Shown here piece after piece: positions 62,139 through 64,000 of a stretch of DNA of 64,000 nucleotides. Both the position numbers and the translations under genes were made by a program. The notes under the pieces were generated by a model. It saw only the letters and a list, made by a program, of their open reading frames with translations. It was not told the origin of the DNA and did not search any database. The stretch is taken from the NCBI GenBank assembly GCA_963731975.1, contig CAVSXS010000007.1, positions 76,479 through 140,478 on the forward strand, in the 5' to 3' direction. Source of the stretch: an uncultured Chloroflexia bacterium. GTDB taxonomy: Bacteria; Chloroflexota; Ktedonobacteria; Ktedonobacterales; Ktedonobacteraceae. The stretch's first letter is position 1; every line of letters begins with the position of its first letter.

Positions 62139-62177
62139 AAAAAACGCAGGTTGCCTGAGTTTCCTGGACTACCTGCG
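62139..62177 (-). terminator. intrinsic terminator of the rRNA operon (minus strand)
   Basis: The minus strand reads CGCAGGT-N19-ACCTGCG followed by TTTTTT. It lies about 105 nt after the 23S 3' end. Confidence 0.7.
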
Positions 62178-62282
62178 CCTTACCTCATAAAGAATAATTA
62201 CCTCAATTTTGCCGAGACCAGAGCGGATGAGAGCGGGAAAGACAGAGTTGCGCTCGAGGTCGTCCTGCGGGAAGATACTGAT

Positions 62283-64000
<1,718 letters not shown>

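Overview
GC-rich bacterial chromosome segment dominated by translation genes. Bases 1-24271 form one co-directional (+) super-cluster: the rpoC 3' end, the str operon (rpsL-rpsG-fusA-tuf), the S10 operon, the spc operon through secY-adk (no map), infA-rpmJ-rpsM-rpsK-rpsD-rpoA-rplQ, then truA-rplM-rpsI. rpmJ (19139-19255) is too short for the supplied ORF track and was read by hand. The remainder is housekeeping and metabolism. It holds a quinone oxidoreductase, ilvE, two solute-binding lipoproteins, gdh, recJ, hemW, a parvulin PPIase, rpsF-ssb-rpsR, rpmI-rplT (no infC) and a TrmH-family methyltransferase. It continues with an orphan MCP-like transducer, accC, lepB, a PHP phosphoesterase, rny, a Nudix hydrolase, thiolase and crotonase, nfo and scpB. 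It ends with an Rpn/PD-(D/E)XK transposase-like gene, leuA, an FHA protein, an ABC-2 exporter, queG and the 3' ~1.7 kb of a 23S rRNA gene on the minus strand. The protein signatures suggest Chloroflexota, possibly Ktedonobacteria-like, but this is a low-confidence inference. I found no defence island, prophage, CRISPR array or biosynthetic cluster, so I do not claim a new multi-gene system. Seven things are worth a second look. (1) A dispersed REP-like hairpin family (TGTAGGGGCGACC-N-GGTCGCCC) sits at cistron junctions of the ribosomal operons and sometimes donates TAG stop codons. (2) Many ribosomal proteins carry charged low-complexity insertions or tails, and the L3 insertion is flanked by direct repeats. 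(3) A Leu-codon-rich leader ORF plus terminator lies upstream of leuA. (4) The coding frame appears to switch at the 3' end of accC. (5) A 135-nt imperfect palindrome follows rpsI. (6) The MCP-like protein has an atypical signalling tip and sits next to a LivJ-like binding protein. (7) The 23S gene is followed by a terminator with no recognisable 5S rRNA.
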